A DNA stretch of 64,000 nucleotides from a virus (Duplodnaviria > Caudoviricetes). The stretch is from the IMG/VR virus record IMGVR_UViG_3300050821_001527, positions 64,001 through 128,000 of that record; one strand, written 5' to 3'. The notes under the pieces are model-generated. The model did not search any database, was not told the DNA's origin, and was given only the letters and a program-made list of their open reading frames with translations. Positions 40,071 through 49,518 of the stretch are shown one piece after another. The stretch's first letter is position 1. The number at the start of each line of letters is the position of its first letter. Both the position numbers and the translations under genes were made by a program.

Positions 40071-40675
40071 TAAGGATAGACCATTTTTTTGAAATAAAAT
40101 TCACGAACGCACGGGACTGCCCCTGTATGATGTTTCTTAGCAAATATAGGCAGACATCCCCTTACCGGAGTAATGGTTACACTACTCTAGTAAGGAGATT
40201 CTGTATGCCGTTTCTTGAGGGCTTGAAATATTTAATGTGGTAAGCCACTCCACGCAGCATTGAAACTTTGTTAGTCAGCAGCTACCGGAAGTCCGGGGAT
40301 GCGAAAGGTCTTAAAACGCATTTACGCTGCCGTCCCCGTGCTTACGCACAACGGCGGGTGAGCCTCTACGATTTCTCGTAGCCTTTTTATTTTCTCGTCA
40401 AATCGAGAGCCTAGCCCTTGTTGCGTCTGTTTGGCTTCAGCGCGTCCGCGATGGAGCAACGTGGGAAAACCTTACTGTTTGTTCTCAGCAGGCTGAAAAT
40501 GGATACAACCATTTGTTCTATACTACGGAAAGTTTACAAAGGAGTCAAGGATAAAATTCCGCTTGACAAAACTTCTGGTTATCAATTACACTTGAAAGGT
40601 GAACATTGGCCCTTTAATATTCTTCGGTTTGATTTTCTTGTATGCGGCTATTTTCTTCGCTAATATAAGGAAGAC

Positions 40676-41029
40676 ATGATAGACCAATTTCTAATTTGGG
40701 CGGTAGCTCTGGTGATGATTTTCATTTGGCTGGACACGGACGCGGTTGTGGAATATGCGGTTTTGCTCAATATTCCGCTGCCCCTCATCGTGGATTATCT
40801 GGCTTACAAGCAAACCCAAAACGTAACTTACCCCGATTTCCTAGCGTTTCACATGAATTCGTTCGGAACCCGCCTGCTGACGTGCCCATATTGCCTCACC
40901 GTGGTCTTGAACGCCATGTTCTACAGCATCTACGCGGGACTGCATTATACTTTCAACCCCATCGTCCTGTGTGTAAACATTGTAGTAGGGTGGGCGGTTT
41001 ACCCGTTCTTGTCCAAGGTCAGCAAGTAA
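40676..41029 (+). CDS. Membrane protein (DUF1360-like, CPYC motif)
   Basis: Three hydrophobic segments; LLTCPYCL. Confidence 0.55.
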   Translation: MIDQFLIWAVALVMIFIWLDTDAVVEYAVLLNIPLPLIVDYLAYKQTQNVTYPDFLAFHMNSFGTRLLTCPYCLTVVLNAMFYSIYAGLHYTFNPIVLCVNIVVGWAVYPFLSKVSK

Positions 41030-41030
41030 A

Positions 41031-41507
41031 ATGCAGAGATTCATTAACAGGCTTAACGCCCAAAAGAGGGCGAATATAGGAGAACCTGTTGCAGCAAAGC
41101 AGACCGGGCTGGACGATACCTGTGCCTCCCAAACGGTTCTCGATGAGCCGCTATCAGCAAAAGAGATTGAATTTTATTTAAAAAAATTGGACACGCAAGC
41201 CAACACTTTACCGGAGAATACGGTTGTTTTTGACTCAATACAGGCTTTCGCGTCTTGGTATGAGGGTAATAAGCATAGCTTTAACGATAAACAGAACGTG
41301 GCCTTGGGAACGCTCGTCACCGTAAGGAACCAAATCAACCTCGGGTGTTCGTGCCGACTGCATATTCGTCAAAACATGGGCAACGATTACTTCAAGCACT
41401 TCTTCATTAAGAACGCTAATACCGACATTATTCCCTCCATCAAACAGGCGTTCGCAGGTCAAAACGTCATCTTGAAAGTCGGAGACGTTGAGTTCATGCG
41501 AATCTGA
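41031..41507 (+). CDS. Hypothetical protein, 158 aa
   Basis: ORF coupled to 40676..41029. Confidence 0.6.
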   Translation: MQRFINRLNAQKRANIGEPVAAKQTGLDDTCASQTVLDEPLSAKEIEFYLKKLDTQANTLPENTVVFDSIQAFASWYEGNKHSFNDKQNVALGTLVTVRNQINLGCSCRLHIRQNMGNDYFKHFFIKNANTDIIPSIKQAFAGQNVILKVGDVEFMRI

Positions 41508-41586
41508 TACACCTAATTCCAACAGTGGGAGTTGCTACGAAACAATTCTTTACACTCATGGAAAAATGCTGTAATATCTTCTTGCA

Positions 41587-44166
41587 ATGGATAATAAATT
41601 TGGTTACGAAGAATCTCTGGAAGCCTCGATTTCTTACTTTAACGGCGATGAACTGGCCGCGAAAGTCTTTCTCGACAAATACGCCCTGAAAAACGAGCAG
41701 TCCGAAATCTTGGAGAAGTCGCCGTATATGATGCACAGCAGACTGGCGAAGGAGTTTGCCCGCATCGAGAAAAACAAATTCAAGGTCGCCCTCACCGAAG
41801 CTGAAATATTTTCGTTCTTCGACAGGTTCAAATACATCGTCCCTCAAGGGTCGCCGATGTTCGGCATCGGTAACAATTTCCAAATCATTTCGCTGTCCAA
41901 CTGCTACGTTGTGGAAACGCCGAGTGACAGCATCGGCGGCATTCTAAAGACCGACCAGCAGCTTGCTCAGATTTCCAAGCGCAGGGGCGGCAATGGAGCA
42001 TCACTCAATTCACTTCGCCCTTCCGGTGCGCCGACCAAAAACTCCTCCCGTTCTTCAACCGGAGTTCCGTCTTTCGCAGAAAGATACTCCAACACGATTC
42101 GTGAGATTGGACAGTCTGGTCGTCGTGGAGCCTTGATGCTTACCTTGTCAGTTCATCACCCGGACTGCTGCAAGATTGACGACGCCCAATGGGAATCTCC
42201 TAAGAAAATCGTTCTCAAGGGTGACGCCGAAAAACAGGAGCGCGACATTGTTACCGACTCCCGATTCTACGACGAGAACAACGTTGACTTTTGCTCAATG
42301 AAGTTAAACAGAAAGAAAGTCACGGGAGCAAATATCTCCATCCAGCTTTCGGACGAGTTTCTCAACGCCGTTAAGAAGGGCACAAAATACGAGCAGCGTT
42401 TCCCTCTCGACTATAAGGAGAAGGGTGTCAAGCCGATGGTATCGAAGATGGTTGACGCCCGCAAGGTGTGGCAAAAAATCATTCATTGCGCGTGGCAGTC
42501 TGCCGAACCCGGATTGCTTTTTTGGGATTTGATTAGACAGTTCAACGCGGTTGACTGCTATGCAAAACATGGGTTCGCCACGGAGTCCACAAACCCTTGT
42601 TCCGAATTGCCGCTCTGCATACTCGACTCTTGCAGGCTGATGGTGCAGAACCTATACTCTTACGTTCTCCATCCGTTTTCCAAAGACGCAAGGTTTGACT
42701 ACGACTTGTTCTACGCCCACGCGAAAATCTCGCAGAGGCTCATGGATGATTTGATTGACCTTGAACTCGAAAAGATTTATCAGATTATCGCCAAAATCAA
42801 GTCAGACCCGGAACCCGAAGAAATCAAGAGAGAAGAACTGACGCTGTGGGAAAAGATAGCTGAGAAATGTTCCTCTGGTCGAAGGACTGGGCTTGGCGTT
42901 ACTGGTGAAGGCGATGCCATTGCCGCCGTAGGTCTGAAATACGGTTCCGACGAAAGCATTAAGTTCGTGGAAAAAATCCACAAGACTCAGAAACTTGCCT
43001 CATTCGATTCGTCCTGTGAAATGGCCCAAGAGATTGGGGCTTTCCCTGTTTGGGATTGGGAATTGGAAAAGGATTCGGCGTTTCTTCTTCAAATCAAAAA
43101 GGAGGATGAAGCTCTTTATGAGCGCATCAAGAAATACGGACGCCGTAATATTGCGAACCTGACGATTGCCCCTGCGGGAACAGTTAGCATTATGACGCAG
43201 ACTACTTCCGGCGTAGAGCCGTTGTTCGACATTAAGCCATACGAACGCCGCAAGAAAATCAACCCCAACGACAGTTCCTCTAGGGTGGACTTCACCGATA
43301 CTAACGGAGACAAGTGGCAGAAGTTCGAGGTTAAACATCCCAAGCTCCAAATATGGATGGATGTAACCGGGGAGAAGGACTGGAAGAAGTCCCCTTGGTA
43401 TGGTTCCTGCGCTCCTGATATTGACTGGAAGCAGCGCGTCAAACTGCAAGCCGCCGCGCAGAGGCACATTGACCACGCCATTAGCAGCACCATCAATCTC
43501 CCGGCAGAAGTCACCGAAGAAAAGGTAGCCGAGATTTATCTTGAGGCTTGGGAGAGTGGGTGCAAGGGGATTACGGTTTATCGTGAAGGATGCCGTAGTG
43601 GAGTCCTTATCCGCAAGGACAAGGAAGAAGGCCCGAAGATTACCAAGACCGTAGCTCCTAAAAGGCCAAAGAGTCTGGAAGGAAAGCTTCACTTCTTCAA
43701 TTTCCGTGGCGACAAGTATTTCGTTGCCGTGGGGTTATTGGGTGGAACACCGTATGAAATCTTCACCGGATTCAACAGCGAGAAAAAGCGCGACTTTATC
43801 CCGAAAGACTGTAATACTGGGCAAATCAAAAAGCACCGCAGAGGGCATTATGTATTCGAGTCCGCAACGGATGGCGAGACGTATGCTCTTAACAATGGTC
43901 ACTCCGACGACAACGCCGACGCTTTGACCCGCATGATTTCTTGCAGTCTTCGCCACGGCAGCGACATTGCCTTCGTCATTCACCAGCTTGAAAAAACTTC
44001 CGGCGACTTGTCCTCGTTCTCGAAGTGCTTGGCTAGAACGCTAAAGTGCTACGTCGAAAACGGTAAAGAGGTTTCCGGCGAAGAATGTTCGGAATGCGGA
44101 AGCAAGCTCCACAGGGAGAACGGCTGCATTATTTGCAAGAACTGCGGAAACTCAAAATGTGGATAA
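41587..44166 (+). CDS. nrdJ: Class II (adenosylcobalamin) ribonucleotide reductase
   Basis: LSNCY, KRRGGNG, GRRGALM, TNPCSE, IAPAGT, C-terminal TSCPD domain plus Zn ribbon. Confidence 0.93.
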   Translation: MDNKFGYEESLEASISYFNGDELAAKVFLDKYALKNEQSEILEKSPYMMHSRLAKEFARIEKNKFKVALTEAEIFSFFDRFKYIVPQGSPMFGIGNNFQIISLSNCYVVETPSDSIGGILKTDQQLAQISKRRGGNGASLNSLRPSGAPTKNSSRSSTGVPSFAERYSNTIREIGQSGRRGALMLTLSVHHPDCCKIDDAQWESPKKIVLKGDAEKQERDIVTDSRFYDENNVDFCSMKLNRKKVTGANISIQLSDEFLNAVKKGTKYEQRFPLDYKEKGVKPMVSKMVDARKVWQKIIHCAWQSAEPGLLFWDLIRQFNAVDCYAKHGFATESTNPCSELPLCILDSCRLMVQNLYSYVLHPFSKDARFDYDLFYAHAKISQRLMDDLIDLELEKIYQIIAKIKSDPEPEEIKREELTLWEKIAEKCSSGRRTGLGVTGEGDAIAAVGLKYGSDESIKFVEKIHKTQKLASFDSSCEMAQEIGAFPVWDWELEKDSAFLLQIKKEDEALYERIKKYGRRNIANLTIAPAGTVSIMTQTTSGVEPLFDIKPYERRKKINPNDSSSRVDFTDTNGDKWQKFEVKHPKLQIWMDVTGEKDWKKSPWYGSCAPDIDWKQRVKLQAAAQRHIDHAISSTINLPAEVTEEKVAEIYLEAWESGCKGITVYREGCRSGVLIRKDKEEGPKITKTVAPKRPKSLEGKLHFFNFRGDKYFVAVGLLGGTPYEIFTGFNSEKKRDFIPKDCNTGQIKKHRRGHYVFESATDGETYALNNGHSDDNADALTRMISCSLRHGSDIAFVIHQLEKTSGDLSSFSKCLARTLKCYVENGKEVSGEECSECGSKLHRENGCIICKNCGNSKCG

Positions 44167-44168
44167 TT

Positions 44169-44372
44169 ATGGACGAGCAACTTACATTTCCCTTCGATAA
44201 AAAGGTATTCGCCACGCAATTCCTTAGTGGGCTTGATATAAAATGCAATTTATCGAAAGCACTTGGCAAGGCTTACTGCCCCAAATGCGTCATCAGGCAG
44301 GTAGGAACCTGTAGTTGCCGTTTCTGCATGATTTGCCCAAAGTGCGGCGGGCACATGGAAGAAATTACTTGA
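44169..44372 (+). CDS. Cys-rich zinc-finger protein, 67 aa
   Basis: CPKC...CSC.FC.ICPKCGG. Confidence 0.55.
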   Translation: MDEQLTFPFDKKVFATQFLSGLDIKCNLSKALGKAYCPKCVIRQVGTCSCRFCMICPKCGGHMEEIT

Positions 44373-44401
44373 CTTAAACCGCAATCCGTGTAGAATAGTA
44401 T

Positions 44402-44602
44402 ATGAAGAAGTCATTTGATTACGCCATCGGCGAGACAGTGGAATGGAACGGCATGACGTTGGTAAAGACCGTTCAAGGCACGGGTGAATTGACCAACCAA
44501 GAATCGGAAGAAATTTGGAAGTGCAAGAAGTCGGGGAAGAAGTATTCCCCCGCACTCCGATTCGAGCAGGGGTTGAGTGGCCCTGACTTCGAGAGTTACT
44601 AA
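44402..44602 (+). CDS. Hypothetical protein, 66 aa
   Basis: TTGACT-N16-TAGAAT promoter 5 nt upstream. Confidence 0.55.
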   Translation: MKKSFDYAIGETVEWNGMTLVKTVQGTGELTNQESEEIWKCKKSGKKYSPALRFEQGLSGPDFESY

Positions 44603-44617
44603 TTTGTTCTTTGTAAT

Positions 44618-45001
44618 GGGGACGTAATGGTTTCGACATTTATTGTTGAAAGCCGAACGCAAGCACGGGATGATTGTTGGCCCGTTAAAAATTCAATCAA
44701 AACATAAATGCTAACAAAGTAGCACTTAGAAATGCAGTTGACTGCGGAGTAGTTCGCGGTTTTGCAGCATTTGCGATGGCTTAATGCCGTCCCGTCCACC
44801 ACTCCGATTCTCGCTACGAGTGAATGGGCGTAAAAACAGCGGGAAAAAACCCTAGAGCCGGTTCGAGGGTAACGGAACCGGATATTGATGGTGAGTTTTG
44901 CTGCCAGTGTAGCCAATCAAGAATATCAAAGGCTGATAAGCTTGTAGTGTTTTTCTTGCAAACGTAAGTGGACGCGGGTTCAACTCCCGCCGTCTCCACC
45001 A
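44618..45001 (+). ncRNA. ssrA: tmRNA, tag ORF 44710-44784 (A)ANKVALRNAVDCGVVRGFAAFAMA*
   Basis: 5' GGGGACG...GGTTTCGAC and 3' GCGGGTTCAACTCCCGCCGTCTCCACCA; G3.U70, A73; TA-N3-GCT resume context. Confidence 0.95.
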
Positions 45002-45006
45002 TTTTC

Positions 45007-45122
45007 GGGGCTACTGGTCAGACTTGATGAACGAAAGCTAATACCGACAAACCGGATTGCTAGAGAATAGCATTTACGCAGGCCGTCATTGAGGCACGGT
45101 TTAACTCCGTGTAGCTCCACCA
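45007..45122 (+). ncRNA. Mini tmRNA-like RNA (tRNA-like domain plus about 55-nt insert)
   Basis: GGGGCTA/TAGCTCC-A-CCA with G3.U70; stemless D loop ending GAC; 8-bp P2 CTTGATGA/TCATTGAG; T arm CACGG-TTTAACT-CCGTG. Confidence 0.75.
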
Positions 45123-45123
45123 A

Positions 45124-45504
45124 TTACGCCTGCTGGTTTACTTCGACATTGACTCCCAATGCCTTCAAACGGCTGACGAGAGAATCAACTTCCGCGCTTG
45201 CGGCATCAGCGGCAGTCTTAACGGCTTGTTGGGCGGTTGCTTGAGCAGTCTGGATGGCATCCTTGGCCACCTGAACCGGCTGATACTTTTCCTGAAACTT
45301 GGTCAACTGGTGACTGGCAATGCCGATTAACAGCAGCTTCCAATTCGCCTGAGTCAAATCAGCCCCGCTGGATTCGATAGCCGCCTTCACTTGAGGGAAC
45401 AGCGCGGTCAAGGTCGTGAGCAAAGCAATAACACGGCCCATTGAAATGTTGCCTTCCCCGTCCCCAAGGCCAAGGGTGTGCAGAAAATTCTGGAGTGCTT
45501 TCAT
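45124..45504 (-). CDS. Holin-like membrane protein
   Basis: Two hydrophobic helices (SMGRV..LL motif) plus Ala/Gln-rich coiled tail; GTGTAAT-N7-ATG. Confidence 0.5.
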   Translation of the reverse strand: MKALQNFLHTLGLGDGEGNISMGRVIALLTTLTALFPQVKAAIESSGADLTQANWKLLLIGIASHQLTKFQEKYQPVQVAKDAIQTAQATAQQAVKTAADAASAEVDSLVSRLKALGVNVEVNQQA

Positions 45505-45543
45505 ACCTTTTATTACACTAAAAGTAAATAAAAATTCAATTTA

Positions 45544-45831
45544 ATGGGTCTATTAGGTATGGAACTTGATAAATCATCGGTGGCCGAGAAGGATATATTT
45601 AACACCTTGCTCGCGCTGAAAAGTGTGACGTTTTTGGAGGAAGAATCCGCAAAGCTTCTCCGAAAGATGGACAGGCTTGAAGTGAGGCGTTCACTGAGCC
45701 GAGATTATGCGGAAAGGGAGCGTCTCTTGGCGCAGATAGAATCCCACCTACCCCAGTTGAGAGTCCTCAAGGCCAGATGTGACGTGGAGTATAGAAATAT
45801 TACCAACCTGTCTCGCCGCAAGATACAATAG
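45544..45831 (+). CDS. Hypothetical coiled-coil protein
   Basis: Helical charged ORF. Confidence 0.5.
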   Translation: MGLLGMELDKSSVAEKDIFNTLLALKSVTFLEEESAKLLRKMDRLEVRRSLSRDYAERERLLAQIESHLPQLRVLKARCDVEYRNITNLSRRKIQ

Positions 45832-45978
45832 TCGTGAAAGACTATATTCTGGTTCTTGAAAAGAAAAAGCGTTACCAATACGGAGCCTTCCCCCGCACGA
45901 AGGCCGGTAGGGAGAACGCGAAGAAATACGTGAAGAAGCTTAAAAAGGAACACAATATGGACTTCGTTTTGAAGTAAC

Positions 45979-46164
45979 ATGAAAGACCTTGACGACATTA
46001 TTGCCCTTTTGAACGACATCATTCTGGTAAGCCGCGTCCAAGATGCGAAGCTTGACCCCATGAGGCCGGGGGAGGGTTTCGTGACTTTTCATATCAAGCT
46101 GGTGCGAGACAGATTACAGGAGATGAACGCCGGTTCGGGCAATCAGGAGACGAAAACATGCTAA
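45979..46164 (+). CDS. Hypothetical protein, 61 aa
   Basis: ORF overlapping the next start. Confidence 0.45.
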   Translation: MKDLDDIIALLNDIILVSRVQDAKLDPMRPGEGFVTFHIKLVRDRLQEMNAGSGNQETKTC

Positions 46165-46439
46165 CGGTTGGGGTAATCAGGGAGTTGAATTTCATGTCAG
46201 AGTTGACCAGCCTGCCGCTCAAGGCGGATTTGTGCCTTTCTGACGTTTTGTGCCTGACGGTCAATATATCGAATAAAATTCTGACCGTCCATCACGAAGG
46301 GGAACTCATTTGGGAGGAGTCCTTGGATGATGAATTTGGGAACTTTGGCATCGAATCCTGCCACCGTATCGCTCAAATTCTGCAAGCCAAACACTCCAAA
46401 AGTGACTATAAACACCTGATTTACAGAGAAAAATCTTGA
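46158..46439 (+). CDS. Hypothetical protein, 93 aa
   Basis: ORF in operon. Confidence 0.45.
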   Translation: MLTVGVIRELNFMSELTSLPLKADLCLSDVLCLTVNISNKILTVHHEGELIWEESLDDEFGNFGIESCHRIAQILQAKHSKSDYKHLIYREKS

Positions 46440-46473
46440 CCGTAACGGAAAACTCGTATATGCTGGTATTACG

Positions 46474-47061
46474 ATGTCGTGTGAAAAAACTCTGATTGAA
46501 AGAATCCAGACTGGGAAAGATGAAAAAGCGTTTGAAGAACTTATGGAGTTACATAGGGAAAGAACGCTTGGCTCCATAAAAAGCCAATGCCGTTTCTCTC
46601 CGGTTGACCCAAATGAAGTCTGGAATATCGCGCTCGTCAAGGTCTGGAACTCAATCGGGGCTTTTCGAGGCGACAGCAAATTCAGCACATGGCTGTATCA
46701 TATTGTCCGAAACGTCATTTATAATGAGTGGGCCAAACTGAATCGAATTTCCCGCAACGAGGTTCATCTTGAAAATATTGACACTCAGACCAGCGAATTT
46801 TCCACGTCAGAAACCCCGTTGTCAACAATTTCCAAGGAGGAATTTCAAGCCGAACTGGGTAATAGAATTTGCGGGTTGAAAATGGAGTTGGGGGAAAAGC
46901 ACAGGAAGGTTTTTGAATTAGTGTTTGAACAGGGCAAGTCTTACTCCGAAGTCGCGCAGTTGCTTGATTGCCCGCGTGGAACCGTAATGAGTCGAGTCTT
47001 TGCTGTCAGGAGAAAACTCCAAGCCGCCCTTGAAAAATATGAACATATTACAGCTAACTAA
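46474..47061 (+). CDS. ECF (RpoE-like) sigma factor
   Basis: AFEELM..H, FRGDSKFSTWLYHI..N, region 4 SYSEVAQLLDCPRGTVMSR. Confidence 0.92.
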   Translation: MSCEKTLIERIQTGKDEKAFEELMELHRERTLGSIKSQCRFSPVDPNEVWNIALVKVWNSIGAFRGDSKFSTWLYHIVRNVIYNEWAKLNRISRNEVHLENIDTQTSEFSTSETPLSTISKEEFQAELGNRICGLKMELGEKHRKVFELVFEQGKSYSEVAQLLDCPRGTVMSRVFAVRRKLQAALEKYEHITAN

Positions 47062-47587
47062 CAGCCCCAGCCGAATCGTGGTTGATTACGCGCTTCCCAA
47101 TCTTCCCGAGGAAGTCAAGGCTGCGGTTGCCGCCCCGGAATACTGCTTCTATGTCATGGGGTTCTTGGAGGCGAATACTATGTATGATTTCTCCGCTCAA
47201 CAGCTTTACAAGAAAAAAAAGGACGGCATCGAGGCCACGTATCACACCGGGATAATATTCTTCGGCGACACGTTCTACCTTGAAGGAGCCAAAGACCTGA
47301 ACCTTATCTACCGCGCTGTTTTTCACAAGGGAGTCCTTGAAGAAATTGAATTGCATTCGGCGGAATGGTATGACAATTCGGAACGAAAGCGCACGATGAA
47401 AAAGGTCATCGCCCGAATCGAGAACAAGGGCAAGCTGGAAAAGAACTGTCTCTATCGCTGGCTCTACGTTCCCTATAAGGTTTGCGCGGACGTTGTGCTG
47501 AAACTTGTCAGAACCTTGTTGTTCCTGATTTTTAGCTGGATTGATTATGGGTTTCTGTGGCTGCACAATCTTTTGACTCCGCTGTGA
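47039..47587 (+). CDS. Hypothetical protein with C-terminal TM helix (possible anti-sigma position)
   Basis: Overlaps the ECF sigma stop; hydrophobic C-terminus. Confidence 0.5.
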   Translation: MNILQLTNSPSRIVVDYALPNLPEEVKAAVAAPEYCFYVMGFLEANTMYDFSAQQLYKKKKDGIEATYHTGIIFFGDTFYLEGAKDLNLIYRAVFHKGVLEEIELHSAEWYDNSERKRTMKKVIARIENKGKLEKNCLYRWLYVPYKVCADVVLKLVRTLLFLIFSWIDYGFLWLHNLLTPL

Positions 47588-47605
47588 AAATCCGTATGAT
47601 AGACT

Positions 47606-47830
47606 ATGGAAACCGCTCCTAAAATTAAACTCGATGAAATGGAAGAATTGAACTGTGGCTCTTGCGGCCATAACCGATTTGTCCAGAAGATTACCATGCG
47701 CCGAATCAGCCCGCTTCAAATGACCGCCCTGACCGGGGGCGCGACGGACGCGAAGATTCAACCCTTCGGAATCATCTGCTGCGACAAGTGCGGAGCCATC
47801 TACGAAGCTCCCAAAATCATCACGAAATAA
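47606..47830 (+). CDS. Zinc-ribbon protein, 74 aa
   Basis: CGSCG...CDKCG. Confidence 0.65.
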   Translation: METAPKIKLDEMEELNCGSCGHNRFVQKITMRRISPLQMTALTGGATDAKIQPFGIICCDKCGAIYEAPKIITK

Positions 47831-47854
47831 GGGCAATCTGGTGTAATAGATAGT

Positions 47855-48442
47855 ATGCCCATCCCAACACCTAGAACCGGCGAGCAGCAAAAGGACTTCA
47901 TCAACCGATGTATGTCGGACAAGACCATGATGGGGGATTTTACTCAGAACGACCAGCGTTTCGCCGTGTGCATCAACAAATGGGAAAAGTCGCATCTGAA
48001 AGAAAACTCCACCGCTGGACTCAGCATTGACGCTACCCAGCCCTTCAAAGTCCAGTTTTCCATCGAAGCCTCAACAGGAACCGAGGTACTCGGAAACGTT
48101 CTTACCAACATCATCCAGATGCAGGAACAGTTCCGCCTTTTTCGTTACAACCATAAGGCCAACGCAAGTGTTCTGGCCGCTTACGACAAGATGGACAAGG
48201 AGCTTGGAAGCATGGTTGACTATTTCATTGATACCTTTGGCAAAAGTCTGAAAGACTCCGAAGTCGAAATCAATGTGCTGGATTTCAAAAGCGGCCTTGC
48301 TCGTCAAGCCGTTGCCCGTCAATACAAGGACTACATGGTAAATATTCCCCAATTCCTGTCCGTGGGGTATGCCGAAGTCTTAGCGTTCAGGGATAGGGTC
48401 GTGGATGACCTTAGCGAGCTACAAACACTTTTAAGCGCGTGA
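47855..48442 (+). CDS. Phage protein: MP.P...E....FI.RCM N-terminal module plus ferritin-like helical bundle
   Basis: Recurrent phage N-terminal motif; four-helix C-terminal pattern. Confidence 0.55.
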   Translation: MPIPTPRTGEQQKDFINRCMSDKTMMGDFTQNDQRFAVCINKWEKSHLKENSTAGLSIDATQPFKVQFSIEASTGTEVLGNVLTNIIQMQEQFRLFRYNHKANASVLAAYDKMDKELGSMVDYFIDTFGKSLKDSEVEINVLDFKSGLARQAVARQYKDYMVNIPQFLSVGYAEVLAFRDRVVDDLSELQTLLSA

Positions 48443-48984
48443 AACTAACCGCAAAGCTTTGCACTATCCTTCTGCTATTTTTGGCCTGCCAGTCTTTCGC
48501 CGGGACAAACTCTTGGTTCACCACGTTTAAGCAAAGGGTTCTTCTCTCCACCAACCAGTTCTATGCCGCGAAGGAGATGACTTATGAAATCACTCCTACG
48601 ATTTCCGCCCCCTCTTTCTTAGGCAAGCCCAATTACACCATTGGTATGTCTATGGAATATGAGTATTGGCAGACCCCAAGCATGGGCACGGGAATGGAAA
48701 TCGGCACCTACGACTACAAGCACTTCGTTGACCATATTTCTGTGATGGAAGATTACCGTATCGTTCCGTTCATTTCCCCGATTTGGAACCGCGTGGCTTT
48801 GGAGGGCAAGATTGCCACCGAACACTTCTTCGTGGACAACTCCCACGACATTGGATTCGGCCTTGGAGTGGACTTTGCTTTCACCAGAAGGATTCGAGGG
48901 GAGTTCGATTTCATGCAGCATTACCGCCTAGATAGCTCGAAAAACGGGGCTACTTTAAGGGTGGGACTGCAATGGGTATTTTAA
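48439..48984 (+). CDS. Small outer-membrane beta-barrel protein
   Basis: Signal peptide, alternating beta strands, C-terminal beta-signal LRVGLQWVF. Confidence 0.7.
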   Translation: MKLTAKLCTILLLFLACQSFAGTNSWFTTFKQRVLLSTNQFYAAKEMTYEITPTISAPSFLGKPNYTIGMSMEYEYWQTPSMGTGMEIGTYDYKHFVDHISVMEDYRIVPFISPIWNRVALEGKIATEHFFVDNSHDIGFGLGVDFAFTRRIRGEFDFMQHYRLDSSKNGATLRVGLQWVF

Positions 48985-49020
48985 TTTGGATTTTGGATAG
49001 GAGGTTGTGTAATATAGGTT

Positions 49021-49518
49021 ATGAAATATTTCAATAAATTCATTCTCGGTTTGGCCTTGGTTGCCTCGCTGTTCCTTGGTGTTGGCTGTGCCACTGGCCC
49101 TCAAATCAACCCAGCCTTGGAACAGGCCGGTATCACCACGGCTGCTGCCGTTGGAACGCAAATCGCCATTACCCCGCCAACGGGTAACGCTGCAAATATC
49201 CCTTATTTCAAGGCCGGGGAAAGCGCCCTGAACGTCCTTTCGGGCGAAACCAACCAGCTTTCCATCGCGGATATTACTGCCGCCTTGGATAAGGCCATCG
49301 GCAACAACCAATATGCGAATCTAATTGCCCCATTGGTTTTGAACATCCTGAACGCTGACTTGCAGAACACTGGCACCAACTCTGTCGTCCAGAACCAGCA
49401 ATTACGCGATGCCTGCGGTTGGATTGCCACGGGTATTGGTGAAGGTTTGGGCAACGCCAATCTGCCACCGGCTTCCGTCGCGCTCAAGTTGAGCCTCGTC
49501 AAGCCGAACAAGAAGTAA
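49021..49518 (+). CDS. Lipoprotein
   Basis: Signal peptide with lipobox LGVG-C. Confidence 0.75.
   Translation: MKYFNKFILGLALVASLFLGVGCATGPQINPALEQAGITTAAAVGTQIAITPPTGNAANIPYFKAGESALNVLSGETNQLSIADITAALDKAIGNNQYANLIAPLVLNILNADLQNTGTNSVVQNQQLRDACGWIATGIGEGLGNANLPPASVALKLSLVKPNKK

Noticed and set aside
42166-42282. About 39-aa insertion in NrdJ starting with Cys and ending Asn-Asn: mini-intein?
   Set aside because: Far too short, no His-Asn terminus, and the +1 residue is Val rather than Cys, Ser or Thr; treated as a loop insertion.
47054-47995. 313-aa and 213-aa antisense ORFs (47054-47995; 63292-63933) and many similar
   Set aside because: They lie antisense to well-supported genes and have no motifs.
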